Positions 1-11,695 of a DNA stretch of 64,000 bases are shown one piece after another (the first letter of the stretch is position 1; every line of letters begins with the position of its first letter). The notes beneath the pieces are model-generated. The model was not told where the DNA came from and did no database searches. It saw only the letters and a list, made by a program, of their open reading frames with translations. The DNA is from Malacoraja senta. Lineage: Eukaryota. Location: contig CM075995.1 of assembly GCA_038087875.1 (NCBI GenBank), positions 434,001 through 498,000 on the forward strand, given 5' to 3'. The position numbers and the translations under genes were made by a program.

Positions 1-175
1 TGATGGCGGGGAGGGCTCTATCCATGGTGAACTAGGATCAGTCAATAACTCTCTGCAGCCTAATATCATAATAGGCCATGATGCAACCAGTCAGGAATCT
101 TTCTACAGTGTGTCTGCAGAAGGTTTTTTTCAGTGGCATAACAAATCTCTTTAACCTTGTACGAAAGTAGAAGCT
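1..175 (-). mobile_element. Degraded Rex1-like LINE fragment
   Basis: ccatgatgcaaccagtcagg and neighbouring sequence resemble the Rex1-like fragment at 51240-51720 (TGCI.AW region). Confidence 0.4.
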
Positions 176-614
176 GTCTCCAGAGATGCTGCCTGACCCA
201 CTGAGTTACTCCAGCATCTTGCGTCTATCTTCTTCATGGTGACATCTATACTCATTATTAACCCCATTTTCCTGCCTTCTCCCCGTATTTCACTGGATCA
301 CCTTTTTTCTAAATACACGAGTGAACTTGGAAGTCAAGCTAAATAAATCTGCTGGTGACATTGAGATTTTAAAGAAATAAATCACTCATTAGACTCCCAC
401 ACGAAGTACAAGTGCTGACAAAGAGCCCCGTGAATAGGAAATCCAACTTTCAGTAGAAAATATGAGATACCAGATGATTCACCTTTCCTCGTCATGGAAT
501 ATACTGCTGTGGCCCCATCACCCTTATCCAAATGAATAATCACCTGTCTTTGGCAATCCACGCACTCTCTGCTATCGCAATCATTCCAGAGATGGATGAT
601 GAATCAAAGCTGGC

Positions 615-886
615 TTGGACACGCTAGAGGCAGGAAACATGTTCCCGAAGTTGGGGGAGTCCAGAACCAGGGGCCACAGTTTAAGAACAAGGAGTATGCC
701 ATTTAGAACGGAGACGAGGAAACACTTTTTCGCATGGAGAGTGGTGAGTCTGTGGAATTCACTGCCTCAGAGGGCGGTGGAGGCTGGTTCTCTGGACGCT
801 TTCAAGAGAGAGCTAGATAGGGCTCTTAAAAATAGCGGAGTCAGGGGATATGGGGAGAAGGCAGGAACGGGGGGGTACTGATTGTG
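615..886 (+). mobile_element. CR1 LINE 3' fragment
   Basis: ORF2 C-terminal peptide RTRGHSL...VVSLWNSLP...FKRELDRAL. Confidence 0.9.
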
Positions 887-1462
887 GCCCCTGGTTCTGG
901 ACTCCCCCAACTTCGGGAACATGTTTCCTGCCTCTAGCGTGTCCAAACCCTTAACAATCTTATATGTTTCAATGAGATACCCTCTCATCCTTCTAAACTC
1001 CAGAGTGTACAAGCCCAGCCGCTCCATTCTCTCAGCATATGACAGTCCCGCCATCCCGGGAATTAACCTTGTAAACCTACGCTGTACTCCCTCAATAGCA
1101 AGAATGACCTTCCTCAAATGAGGGGACCAAAACTGCACACAATACTCCAGGTGTGGTCTCACTAGGGCCCTGTACAACTGCAGAAGGACCTATTTGCTCC
1201 TATACTTAACTCCTCTTGTTATAAAGGCCAACATGCCATTCGCTTTCTTCACTGCCTGCTGTACCTGCATGCTCACTTTCATAGACTGATGAACAAGGAC
1301 ACCCAGATCCCGTTGTACTTCCCCTTTTCCCAACTTGATGCCATTTAGATAGTAATCTGCCTTCCTGTTTTTGCTACCAAAGTGGATAACCTCACATTTA
1401 TCTGCATTAAACTTAATCTGCCCACTCCCCCAACCTGTCCAAGTCAACCTGCATTCTCATAG
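882..1462 (-). mobile_element. CR1 LINE fragment (RT C-terminal part)
   Basis: Peptides KFNADKCEVIHFG, RDLGVLVH and [15 protein letters not shown]. Confidence 0.9.
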
Positions 1463-3250
1463 CATAGAAAAATGGACAGTAGAGGCATATGGGCTAAACG
1501 CAGGCAGGTGTGACTAGGGTAGATGGGAAAAGTTGGTCGGTGTAGGCAAGAGGGCCAAAGTGCCTGCTTCCTCGTTGTATAACTCTATGACTTCAAAGGC
1601 ATTTTTGCTTCCTCCTAACTAGCGGTATCTATGACAACTTTTTAATGGAAAGTTCACCAAATTTTTTGCAGTTACCAGACTTTACCAAATTCCAAAAGTG
1701 CACGAAAAAAAGATGAGCATCTGGTCCTGATGCTCTACTTTGTTTGATACAAAGAAAAATACGTAGGGATAGGTTCCACACAATAAGCGAGTTCGGTATT
1801 CCAAAAAACACAAGGAATCATGGGATTTGTCAAAGGTCACTCGCTATAAAGGAAAAGCGAACGAAGCGCTGGCTGTATGAACTATGTATAAATTCATATC
1901 TTTATTCATGATTTATGTGTAAAAATATATTTAATCTGAGGAGCGGGGGTGCCAGGCAGCGGTAGAGCGGGGTGTAACAGCAAGAGAGAGGGGGCAGATG
2001 TGAGTGGGAGACAAGGTGGAGGGGAGAGACTGGACTGGCGGAGTGACATTCTTGGCAGCTGCAGACCTGCGTCTCATCCGCAATCTGGATCGAACCCAGG
2101 TCCCCAGCGCTGCAAGTGCTGCCGAACCGCCACTGGACCATCCCCGTCTCCCGTCTACCCCCCCCCCCCCCACCACCCATCCCTGCCCAGGAGGTGGCCG
2201 GACGGATGGGACACCGGCCCCCAGGCCCACAGCCAGCGCGGAGAAGAAGCGGCAACCCCAGCTCAACTCCAACTCTCCCGCCGGGGAATGGCCCCCCGGA
2301 ACCGGAGCCAGCGCCTCCACCCTGCGGCGACTGCAAGTCCGGCCCGACACCTCCGGCCGCCCCCAGACAAGGACGGGACACCCGGGAGTGGACGGGTACA
2401 GCCCAGCAGCAACTCAACAGCGCCCGCAGCGCCGGTGACCCGGGTCAGACGACGGACCCCGACCCCACGAAGCAGCACGATCTCCTTCACTCACCAAAGC
2501 ATAAAGCAATAAAATCGACAAAATGTCACCCACCTGAAGTTACTTTGGACAATGTTGGCAGAGAAAGAGTTTGCGTCTGAAGAGCATTGTGTTTAAAATT
2601 AAACGCTAAAATGTGCCCGACTTTTGACAGGGAAAGGCAACTTTTGCCAGTCAGCCAAACACCCCAGGAGCTAATAATGGAATGAAAGTATAGGATGTCG
2701 TGTCAGGTAAGGGTGATCAGTGACCATTTCCTGCTAAATTACATGTCATTACTGTGGCACTCGTCCAGGTTCAGGTTTAAGATTTAACGGCTCGTGAAAC
2801 ACGTTTAAGAGAATATTAAAATGGGCTCACGCTGACAAGAATAGAGGATGAGCACACACCACAAAACGCAAAGAGGATTGTTTATACATCGATGTTGTTC
2901 TTATAGCACTAAAGTCACGAAGGGCTCTGAAAATAGGTTTGGAGAACTTTTTTGAATAATAACGCGTTTCTTAACAGGAGCTAAAGGGGTGCTGCAACTT
3001 GGGGCTAACACAAGATTGAAACTTGGTGCAAGTTAAAAAAGCATCAGACATACTTGGATAAGATAGGGTGTCAGGGGTTATGGGGAGAAGGCAGAAGAAT
3101 TTGGTTAGGAGGGAGAGGTAGACCAGCCATGATTGAATGGCGGAGTATGCTTGATGGGCAGAATGACCTCACTTATGACGGTCAAGTCTCTTCCAGCTTT
3201 CTTTCTCCCACCCCCACACAATCAGTCTGAAGAAAGGTCCCGACCCAACG

Positions 3251-3387
3251 TTCTTCTTGTAGGATGATGAGTCTACAAGTTCTTCTTACATCATCCCACA
3301 AGTTCTTCTTCTTGTAGGGTGCGCTCATCATCCCACAAGTTCTTCTTCTTGTAGGGTGCGCTCATCATCCCACAAGAAGAACTTGTG
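3251..3387. repeat. 37-bp tandem repeat (2 full copies plus partial) with inverted pieces
   Basis: catcatcccacaagttcttcttcttgtagggtgcgct at 3289-3325 and 3326-3362, partial copy from 3363, then inverted aagaacttgtg. Confidence 0.85.
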
Positions 3388-3445
3388 AATGGAAATGCTT
3401 CATTGGTAGTGTGAAAAACAATGAGAACAAGTTTAATTCAGCAAA

Positions 3446-3655
3446 GATACACACAAAATGCTGGAGTAACTCAGTGGGTCAGGCAGCATCTCTGGAGAGA
3501 AAGGATGGGTGACGTTTCTGGTCAGGACCTATCTTCAGACCGACCCGAAATGTCACCCATCCTTTCTCACCAGAGATGCTGCCTGACACACTGAGTTACT
3601 CCAACACTTTGTGTCTATCTTCGGCATAAACCAGCCCCTGCAGTTCCTTTTTACA
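3446..3655. mobile_element. Palindromic Penelope-derived short element
   Basis: Arms acacaaaatgctggagtaactcag...gacgtttc and cccgaaatgtcaccc...gagttactcc...ttgtgt are inverted copies of the Penelope 3' terminus seen at 53710-53806. Confidence 0.8.
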
Positions 3656-3774
3656 CGTTAAATTCAGCCTTTGGATCATGACGTGATACAAATGTAAATA
3701 TGCGGCAAAGATGGTGACTTGATGGTTTATGGGAAAGACACAAAACGCTGGAGTAACTAAGCAGATCAGACAGC

Positions 3775-4200
3775 ATAGAAACATAGAAACATAGAAAATA
3801 GGTGCAGGAGTAGGCCATTCGGCCCTTCGGCCATTCAATATAATCATGGCTGATCATCCAACTCAGTATCCTGTACCTGCCTTCTCTCCATACCCCCTGA
3901 TCCCCTTAGCCACAAGGGCCACATCTAACTCCCTCTTAAATATAGCCAATGAACTGGCCTCAACTACATTCTGTGGCAGAGAATTCCAGAGATTCACCAC
4001 TCTCTGTGTGAAAAATGTTTTTCTCATCTCAGTCCTAAAAGATTTCCCCTTTATCCTTAAACTGTGACCCCTTGTTCTGGACTTCCCCAACATCGGGAAC
4101 AATCTTCCTGCATCTAGCCTGTCCAACCCCTTAAGAATTTTGTACGTTTCCATAAGATCCCCCCTCAATCTTCTAAATTCTAGCGAGTACAAGCCGAGTC
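3775..4200 (-). mobile_element. CR1 3' fragment with (ctatgttt)n tail, inserted into a Penelope-derived palindrome
   Basis: ORF 3863-4192 is CR1 ORF2 C-terminus; tail agaaacatagaaacatag; host arm resumes at about 4207. Confidence 0.88.
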
Positions 4201-4934
4201 TTTCCTATCTCTGGAAAAAATGGATAGGTGACGTTTCGGGTCGGGATGCCTTCTTCTGAAGAAGGATCCCAACCCGAAATGTCACCCATCCATGTTCTCC
4301 AGAAACGCTACCTGACTCGGAGTTACCCCAGCACTTGCTAAATGTCTCTCCTTGATAAACCAGCATCTGCAGTTCCTGGTTTCTACATTTTGACTTTATG
4401 AGAAGGCTGTCAAACTACAAATGGGAAAGTTCAAGATTTTCAGTCGAAATATTCGACCGAATTTTTAGGTGTCTCGTGCATGGACACAAGGGAAAGCCAT
4501 AAACACGGCAACGGTGTTTGCATTATCTACAGGTGGTGTCATGTCATGTTTGAAGATGGATCATCTGATGAAGTTTATGAAAGGTGTGTATGTGTGTAAA
4601 GTACAAACAAATGGCAACTGTGTGCGGTGAAAGCAAAGAATTGGTAGACAGTGTGAGTGCTGAAAATCTAGTGAGTAAACCTCTGGGAGATGAACGAGGG
4701 GAGTGTATGGACATTGACAAGGATGCTCCTGTTACATTGATGAAATCATAGAAAACGTGCTTTGAATCATAATAAACCTAATGTTCAAGCAGTAATTGAC
4801 AAAGAAGAGAAGCCAGAGGAATCAGTCTCTTGGAGAAGTGCTGCTGAAGGAGTCAAAACGACCTTGAAACCCAACTTATGAAATTAAGATGGAGTAACTC
4901 AGCTCGTCAAAGGCAGCATCTCTGGAGAAAAATA

Positions 4935-5305
4935 GGCAATAGACAATAGGTGCAGGAGTAGGCCATTCGGCCCTTCGAGCCAGCACCGCCATTTAATGTG
5001 ATCGAGGCTGATCATCCACAATCAATACCCCGTTCCTGCCTTCTCCCCATATCCCCTGACTCCGCTATCTTTAAGAGCCCTATCTAGCTCTCTCTTGAAA
5101 GCATCTCTGCCTCCACCGCCCTCTGAGGTAGAGAATCCCACAGACTCATAACTCTCTGTGTGAGAAAGTGTTTCCTCATCTCCGTTCTAAATGGCTTACT
5201 CCTTATTCTTAAACTGTGGCCCCTGGTTCTGGACTCCCCCCAACATCGGGAACATGTTTCCTGCCTCTAGCGTGTCCAAACCTTTAATAATATTATATGT
5301 TTCAA
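4935..5305 (-). mobile_element. CR1 3' fragment with (ctattgt)n tail
   Basis: caatagacaataggtgcaggagtaggcc 3' UTR followed by ORF2 C-terminal sequence. Confidence 0.85.
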
Positions 5306-5631
5306 TAAGATCCAAAGATTTCGAAGATCCCGAAGAATAAGATTTCAATATGATTCAATAAGATCAAAGGACAGGTGATATTTTGTGTCGGGACCCTTCT
5401 GGGCCTTGAAACCTGTTGAGCAATGGATAATAGAAACAAAAGACTCCACATGCTGGATTGCAAAACTAAAAAGTCCTGAAAAGCGCTATATAAATAAAAG
5501 GTATTATTATTATTATTATTATTATAAAGTGGATCAGAGAGCAACCCTGGAGACCATGAACATGAAGAAGTCGCGACCCGAAACATCAACTATTCCTTCT
5601 CTCCAGAGATGCTGTCTGACCCACTGAGTTA

Positions 5632-5831
5632 AGGGCCTGTCCCACTTGGGCATCATTTGAGCGTCATTTACACGACATCATCAGCGACGCGCACGTGATG
5701 CGCGCATGGCGTGTGGTGAGGCGTGGTGGCATAGGCAGGGTTGTGCGCGGCGCACCAGGATTTGGGGATGTACAAAATCTTCGCAAGCCACCTGCGTGAC
5801 GCGCAAATGACGCCCAAGTGGGACAGGCCCT
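5632..5831. mobile_element. PIF/Harbinger-like MITE, family A (CpG-rich)
   Basis: TIR AGGGCCTGTCCCACTTGGGC/GCCCAAGTGGGACAGGCCCT; inserted at the TTA of the host repeat ctgagTTActcc. Confidence 0.8.
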
Positions 5832-6945
5832 TAACTCCAGCTTATCTTCGGTTCAAACCAGCATCTGTAGTTCCTTCCTAGTCTAGCACTTTGTGTCTTT
5901 TTGAGCAATGATAGGGCTTTTCTTTCGTTGAGTTCGAGATGCTAGTTAGACTCAAAAAGATGGGAGTCGGATTGTAGGCTAATTGGCTTGGTAAAATTAT
6001 AAATTGTCTCTAGTGTGTGTGTGTGTGTGTAGGGTAGTGTTAATGTGCAGGGATCGCTGGTCAGCATGGACTCGGTGGGCCGAAGGGCCCGTTTCCCCGC
6101 TGTATCTCTAAACTTAACTAAACATACGAATTGATTTATTATCCTAAAAATAAAGCTGCAATTTTGCTAAATACCAGAGGTCTCAGTTGTCATGGAAATC
6201 TCCCAGTAACAAAGCTGTGTAACAATCTGTTCTCTCTCCCTGTTACCTCCCTGTTACCCCCTCCCCCCCATCCCCTCCACGCCCCAATCTATCACATTCC
6301 TCTACAACCCATTAACTGTTTTATTTGAATGGTATAAACATCTAATCACGGTTCCGCTGCCTCCACTTCCACCACTGACTAATTTAATTTCACCAAACAC
6401 AAGTCAACCTTTAACATCCGAGTCGTTACATTTTCTAAATGATCCACTTCTCCGCTCAGGGTGAATGGCGTCATCTTTGCAGATCCCTAATTAACAATCA
6501 CAGCGTGTTTCTTCTTTCTAAGTTGAAACCAAGCAGTGTTGATTAAAAAAAAACGACATTGAAAAGAGCCAGCCTCAAAAGCCCATTCTGTATAAGACCC
6601 ATCATGTCTGTCAATTTACACCACCAAACACTTCACATAACTTCAGTCAGTTTTCCAGGGAGTAAAATGCACTGAATCATTACTTCATCTATAATTCCTG
6701 AACTAAAGCCAAGGCAGCAAAATTCTGCATTCTCAAAAGGCAACAAAGGACAAAACAAATGCCGATGGGAGGCTTCCAACCTAGAGGATCAAAATTAATG
6801 TTTATAACTTCTAGGAGCAGAATTAGGCCATTCGGCCCATCGTGACTACTACGGCATTTAATCATGACAGATCTATCGTTCACTCTCAACCCCATTCTCC
6901 TGCCTTCTCCCCATAACCCCCGACACCCATACTAATCAAGAATCG

Positions 6946-7238
6946 GCACGGTAGAGTTGCTGCCTTACAGCAAATGCAGCACCGGAGATCAGGGTTCGAT
7001 CCCGACTACGGAGTTTGTACGTTCTCCCCGTGATCTGCGTGGGTTTTCACCGAGATCTTCGGTTTCCCACACTCCAAAGACGTACAGGTTTGTAGGTTAA
7101 TTGGCTTGGTAAATGTAAAATTTGTCCCGTGTGTGTGTGTGCAGGATAGTGTTAATATGCAGGGATCGCTGGTCGGCGCGGACCCGGTGGGCTGAAGGGC
7201 CTATTTCCATCTCTAAACTAATGCTAAACTAAACTAAA
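6946..7238 (+). mobile_element. HE1-type V-SINE nested in a minus-strand CR1 3' end
   Basis: tRNA-like head with B box GGTTCGATCCC, V-domain gtttgtacgttctccccgtg, (aaact)n tail. Confidence 0.85.
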
Positions 7239-7371
7239 TCTATCAATCTCCGCCTTAAAAATATCAATTGATTGGCCTCCTCATGAGGCAATGAATTCCA
7301 CAGATTCACCACCCTTGGACTAAAGAAATTCCTCCTTGTCTCCTTTCTAAAGGTACATCCTTTTATTCTAA

Positions 7372-8095
7372 GAGTAAATTTACAAGGATGTTGCCAGGAA
7401 TCGAGGATCTGAGCTACAGGGAGAGGTTGAATAGGCGGGGACTCTATTCGCTGGATTGCAGGAGGATAAGGGGCGATCTTATACTGTAGAGGTGTATAAG
7501 ATCATGAGAGGAATAGATCGGGTGGACACAGAGTCTCTTGCCCAGAGTAGGTGAGTCAAAGGACCAGAGGACATAGGTTTAAGGTGAGGGGGTACTTTGG
7601 TGAGGGAGATTTTAAAGGAACACAAGGGATAACTTTTTTCAAGCAAAGGGTGGTGGGTGCATGGAATGAGCTGCTGGAGGAGGTAGTTGAGGCAGGGACA
7701 ATCGCAACATTTATCAAACAATTAGACAGGCACATGGATAGGATAGGTTTAGAGGGATATGGGCCAAACGCAGGCATTTGTACAAAATCATGCGAGGAAT
7801 CGATCGGGTAGATGCACAGAGTCTCTTGCCCAGAGGACACAGGTTCAAGGTGAAGGGGAAAAGATTTAATAGGAATCCGAGGGATATCTATTTCACACAA
7901 AGGGTGGTGGGTGCATGGAACAAGCTGCCGGAAGGAGGCAGTTGAGGCTATGATTATCCCATCTTTTAAAAAACAGTTAGACAGGTACATGGATAGGACA
8001 TGTTTGGAGGGATATGGGCCAAACACAGGCAGGTGGGACTAGTGTAGCCGGTGTGGGCAAGTTGGGACGAAGGGCCTGTCTTCATGCCGTATGAC
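7372..8095 (+). mobile_element. HER1/CR1-type LINE 3' region with internal tandem duplication
   Basis: RTRGHRFKV...RVVGAWNEL occurs twice (about 7490-7775 and 7780-8095). Confidence 0.75.
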
Positions 8096-8936
8096 CATCT
8101 ATTAACTATTGCTACACAGTTGCTGATTAATACGTTCAAACATTTCCCATAAATTGTTTCCTTCCTTTGATGCATCCAAATTAGCCTGTCCAGAACATCC
8201 AAGTATGGATGTGGCAAGAGGATAAAACCGGGATAATTCCCAAACTGGAATCATCAGTTGTTCCAATGTCATTTTATTAATGAGAAACAGATCTCCAATT
8301 CAGGAGTTACCAAAAACATCCAAACTTAACAACGTGCTTAAAAGAGCTCAGGAGTGCAAGGCTTTTTTGAAGCCATTTAAAAAAACACTGTAGACACAAA
8401 ATGCTGGAGTAACTCAGCGGGACAGGCAGCATCTCTGGAGAGAAGGAATGTGTGACGTTTCGGGTCGAGACCCTTCTTCATTAATTAATTATTTTATTAA
8501 TTGTTTGTTCATTAATTTAAAAAATACCAATCATTTACAATGCCCAGTGGCAGTTTTGCAAGATTCAGCACAGAAACAGGCCCCCTGGTGCACCAAATCA
8601 GCACCATAATATATCACCCTATAATAATCCCATTTTATTCTCCACACATTCCCTTTCATTTGCTCCAGATTTTACCAGCCATCTGCACACTAGGGTCAAT
8701 TATAAAAGTCACATTTAAAATTATAAAAGAACTGGACAAGCTAGATGCAGGAAAAAATGTTCCCAATGTTGGGGGAGTCCAGAACCAGGGGTCACACAAT
8801 TTAAAGATAAGGGGGAGGCCATTCAAAACTGAGATGAGAAAAAAAAAAATTCGCCCAGAGAGTTGTGAATCTGTGGAATTCTCTGCCACAGAAGACAGTG
8901 GAGGCCAATTCACTGGATGGATTTAAAAGAGAGATA

Positions 8937-9594
8937 AGGGCCTGTCCCACTTGGCCTAAAAAGAGGTTGTTGCGTCCTGGTCGGGTCGTGACGAGGCGTG
9001 ACACGTGGTGACGCACGGTAATGCGCGATGTCTCCCTGCCGCCCCAGGATTTTGTAATGTTGAAAATCCTTGCACGACATCTGCCTGTCTTAGCATGTTG
9101 TGCGCCCTTTCGCACGATGACGTACAGGTGATGCGTCTTTACGCATGGTGTCGCACGGTCTTTGCATATGCTAATTTATTTTGCATCACCGTGCATCACC
9201 ACGCGTCACCCGTACAACGTCGTGCGTCAAGATGCGTCGCGTCCCCTTTTATAGGGAAGCCGTTCAATCAACTGACGTCACGCGCCCCAGATGACGCAAC
9301 CTGTCGTATCTTGCCGTATCGTGGACGTACATTGACACCGCTCGACAGCTGTGACGTCACAGACGCTGTCCTATGCTGCCGTATGCTGTCGCATGCTGTC
9401 TTATGGTGACGCGTGCCCTGTCCCATGGTGATGTGTGGAAATTGGTGACGCGGGGAAATTGGCGACGCATGGTGACGCGGAGTGATGTACCTTGACGCAT
9501 CCTGTCGTACTACTTGACGGTTTTCAGGCGACATCGGGTGTCAGTCACTGACGGCCGTTGTTGCCCATAAAAATCGCAAAGTGGAACAGGCCCT
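8937..9594. mobile_element. PIF/Harbinger-like MITE, family A, long variant, inside a CR1 3' end (8700-9750)
   Basis: TIR AGGGCCTGTCCCACTT/AAGTGGAACAGGCCCT; flanks ATA and TTA; CR1 sequence resumes at gatagagctct. Confidence 0.8.
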
Positions 9595-9893
9595 TTAGAT
9601 AGAGCTCTCGGGGCTAGCGGAATCAAGGGATATCGGGAGAAGGCAGGCACGGGTTACTGATTGTGGATGATCAGCCATGATCACAGTGAATGGCGGTGCT
9701 GGCTCGATGGGCCAAATGGTCCCCTCCTGCACCTATTTTCTATGTTTCTAATTGACATCAGCCGATTAACCTATATGCCATTGGTATACGGGAGGAAATG
9801 GAGCAAATTTGCGGGTACTATCAATGTTTAGCGGGTACTATTACAATGTTTAAGAAATATATAGACAGGTGCATGGATAGGATAGGTTTAGAC

Positions 9894-10294
9894 CAGGGGT
9901 TCCCAACCTTTTTCATCCCGTTTACCCCAGGCAACATTAATAGCACATAACGATGTTATTTCACTTATTTATGAACAACTGTGGAGTGCAGGGGAGAGAC
10001 AAGACTTTGCCTTCCATCACAGTGAGGAGGAGATTCACTGTGATGGATGTTTGTGTAAATTGTGTTGTGTCTTGGTTCTTTTTACTTGTTTGTATGACTG
10101 CAGAAACAGAATTTCGTTTGAACTTAGGTTCAAATGACAACAAATAAATATCTATCTATCTATCTATCTATCTAACTAATGATGAACAGATACCAGAACC
10201 AAACACAGTCAGTCAATGAGAAAAAATATGTACAAATCCAGAATCAACAAATGTACCCCCTGGGGGTAAATTTACCCCAGGTTGGGAACCCTTG
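9894..10294. mobile_element. hAT (Charlie-like) MITE with nested SINE/LINE tail at 9981-10173
   Basis: TIR CAGGGGTTCCCAACCT/AGGTTGGGAACCCTTG; degenerate 8-bp TSD gtttagac/gcttagag; uninterrupted sister copy at 48699-48917. Confidence 0.85.
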
Positions 10295-10756
10295 GCTTAG
10301 AGGGATATTTGCCAAATGCAGGCAGGTGGGACTAGTGTAGATGGGACATGTTGGTCGGTGTGGGCAAGATGGGCCTGCTTCCTGTTCTACGACTCTAGGA
10401 CACTAACATGGGTGAACTCATGCAGTCACAGAGAGAATGTGCAGACTATACATCAAGATCAAACCTGGATCAATGGAACTGCAAGGCAGCAGCTCTTCCA
10501 GCTGTGCCATGGTTAGTGATCATGTATTGTCTCACCGCTGACCGGTTAGCACGCAACAAAAATCTTTTCACCGTACCTCGGTACACGTGACAATAAACTA
10601 AACTAACTGATAAGATATCATTCACCACAACAGTTTCAAAATATCAAATGGAAAAAATGATTTACATTTCTGCAAAGAAACTACTTGGGCGTCTTGTTCA
10701 AACCCATGTGGACAAAGTGAATCAGGTTGGTTTCCCCACCATGGTAAATGGCTCAC

Positions 10757-10817
10757 CTGCATATTTCGCTTTGTTGTTTTCATCCATGGACCAGAAGCAA
10801 TAGTCAAAAGCGAAGAC
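10757..10817 (-). CDS. kif13a: Kinesin-3 motor-domain exon (equivalent to KIF13A exon 4), 61 nt, VFAFDYCFWSMDENNKAKYA(G)
   Basis: Minus strand reads poly-T-aactAG|GTCTTCGCTTTTGACTATTGCTTCTGGTCCATGGATGAAAACAACAAAGCGAAATATGCAG|GTgagc, with canonical splice sites. The peptide matches the KIF13 motif VFAFDYCFWSMDE..KYAG. FAFDYC favours KIF13A over KIF13B (FAYDHC), from recall of the human proteins. Confidence 0.93.
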
Positions 10818-11454
10818 CTAGTTAAAAAAAAAAAAATTCAACTTTACTGGTGAAATAAGCGACTGCATTGCACAGCTTCTGGTGACCTTCCACTCCCCCC
10901 CCCCCCCACCCCAGGTCAAAGCAACTTGCAAAACTACCACAAACATCAATGCCAAGAAAAAGAGTTTAACTTCCATGAAAAATACGATGGTTTTTTTCTA
11001 CAAGGCCTAGATAGAGTGGATGTGGAGAGGATGTTTCCACTAGTGGGAGAGTCTAGGACCAGAGGCCACAGCCTCAGAATACACAAACGTACCTTTAGGA
11101 AGGTGATGAGGAATGTATTTAATCAGAGGGTGGTGAATCTGTGAAATTCATTGCCACAGAAGGCTGGGGAGGCCAAGTCAATGGATATTTTTATGGCAGA
11201 GATTGACAGATTCTTGGTTGGTGAGGGGGTCAGGGGTTAGAGGACAAAGGCAGGAGAATGGGGATGAGAGGGAGAGCTGGACCTGCCAAAATTGAACGGC
11301 GGAGTGGATTTGATGGGCCGAATGGCCTAATTCTGCTCCTATCGCTTATGAATTTATGAAACTTTATTCAAGTACCGAATTAAGAAAACACAACAATATG
11401 TCATTTTGCAGCAAGAGCTTAATATACATTTTGGACAATTAATTATTGGATTAA

Positions 11455-11695
11455 TTGAACCATCCTACCACAACCAAACAGCAGTGCTGAACTACCATCT
11501 ACCTCATTGGTGACCGTTGGACTATATTTGATCGGTCTTTACTGGCTTTACCTTGCACTAAACGTTATCATGTATCTGTACACTGTAAACGGCTCAATGG
11601 TAATCATGTATTGTCTTTCCGCTGACTGGATAGCGCGCAACAAAAGCTTTTCACTGTACCTCGGTACATGTGACAATAAACTAAACTGAACTAAA
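11455..11695 (+). mobile_element. Rex1-like LINE 3' UTR fragment
   Basis: gctttaccttgcactaaacg...tttcactgtacctcggtacatgtgacaataaactaaactgaa; related copies at about 10512, 15105, 36485, 41105 and 41780-42420 (minus). Confidence 0.6.

Noticed and set aside
2534..2576. Possible 43-nt minus-strand exon (ctcttcAG...CAG|GTgggt)
   Set aside because: No resemblance to the expected next kinesin exon (QEVVFKCLG...GQTG), it would frameshift, and the pyrimidine tract is weak.
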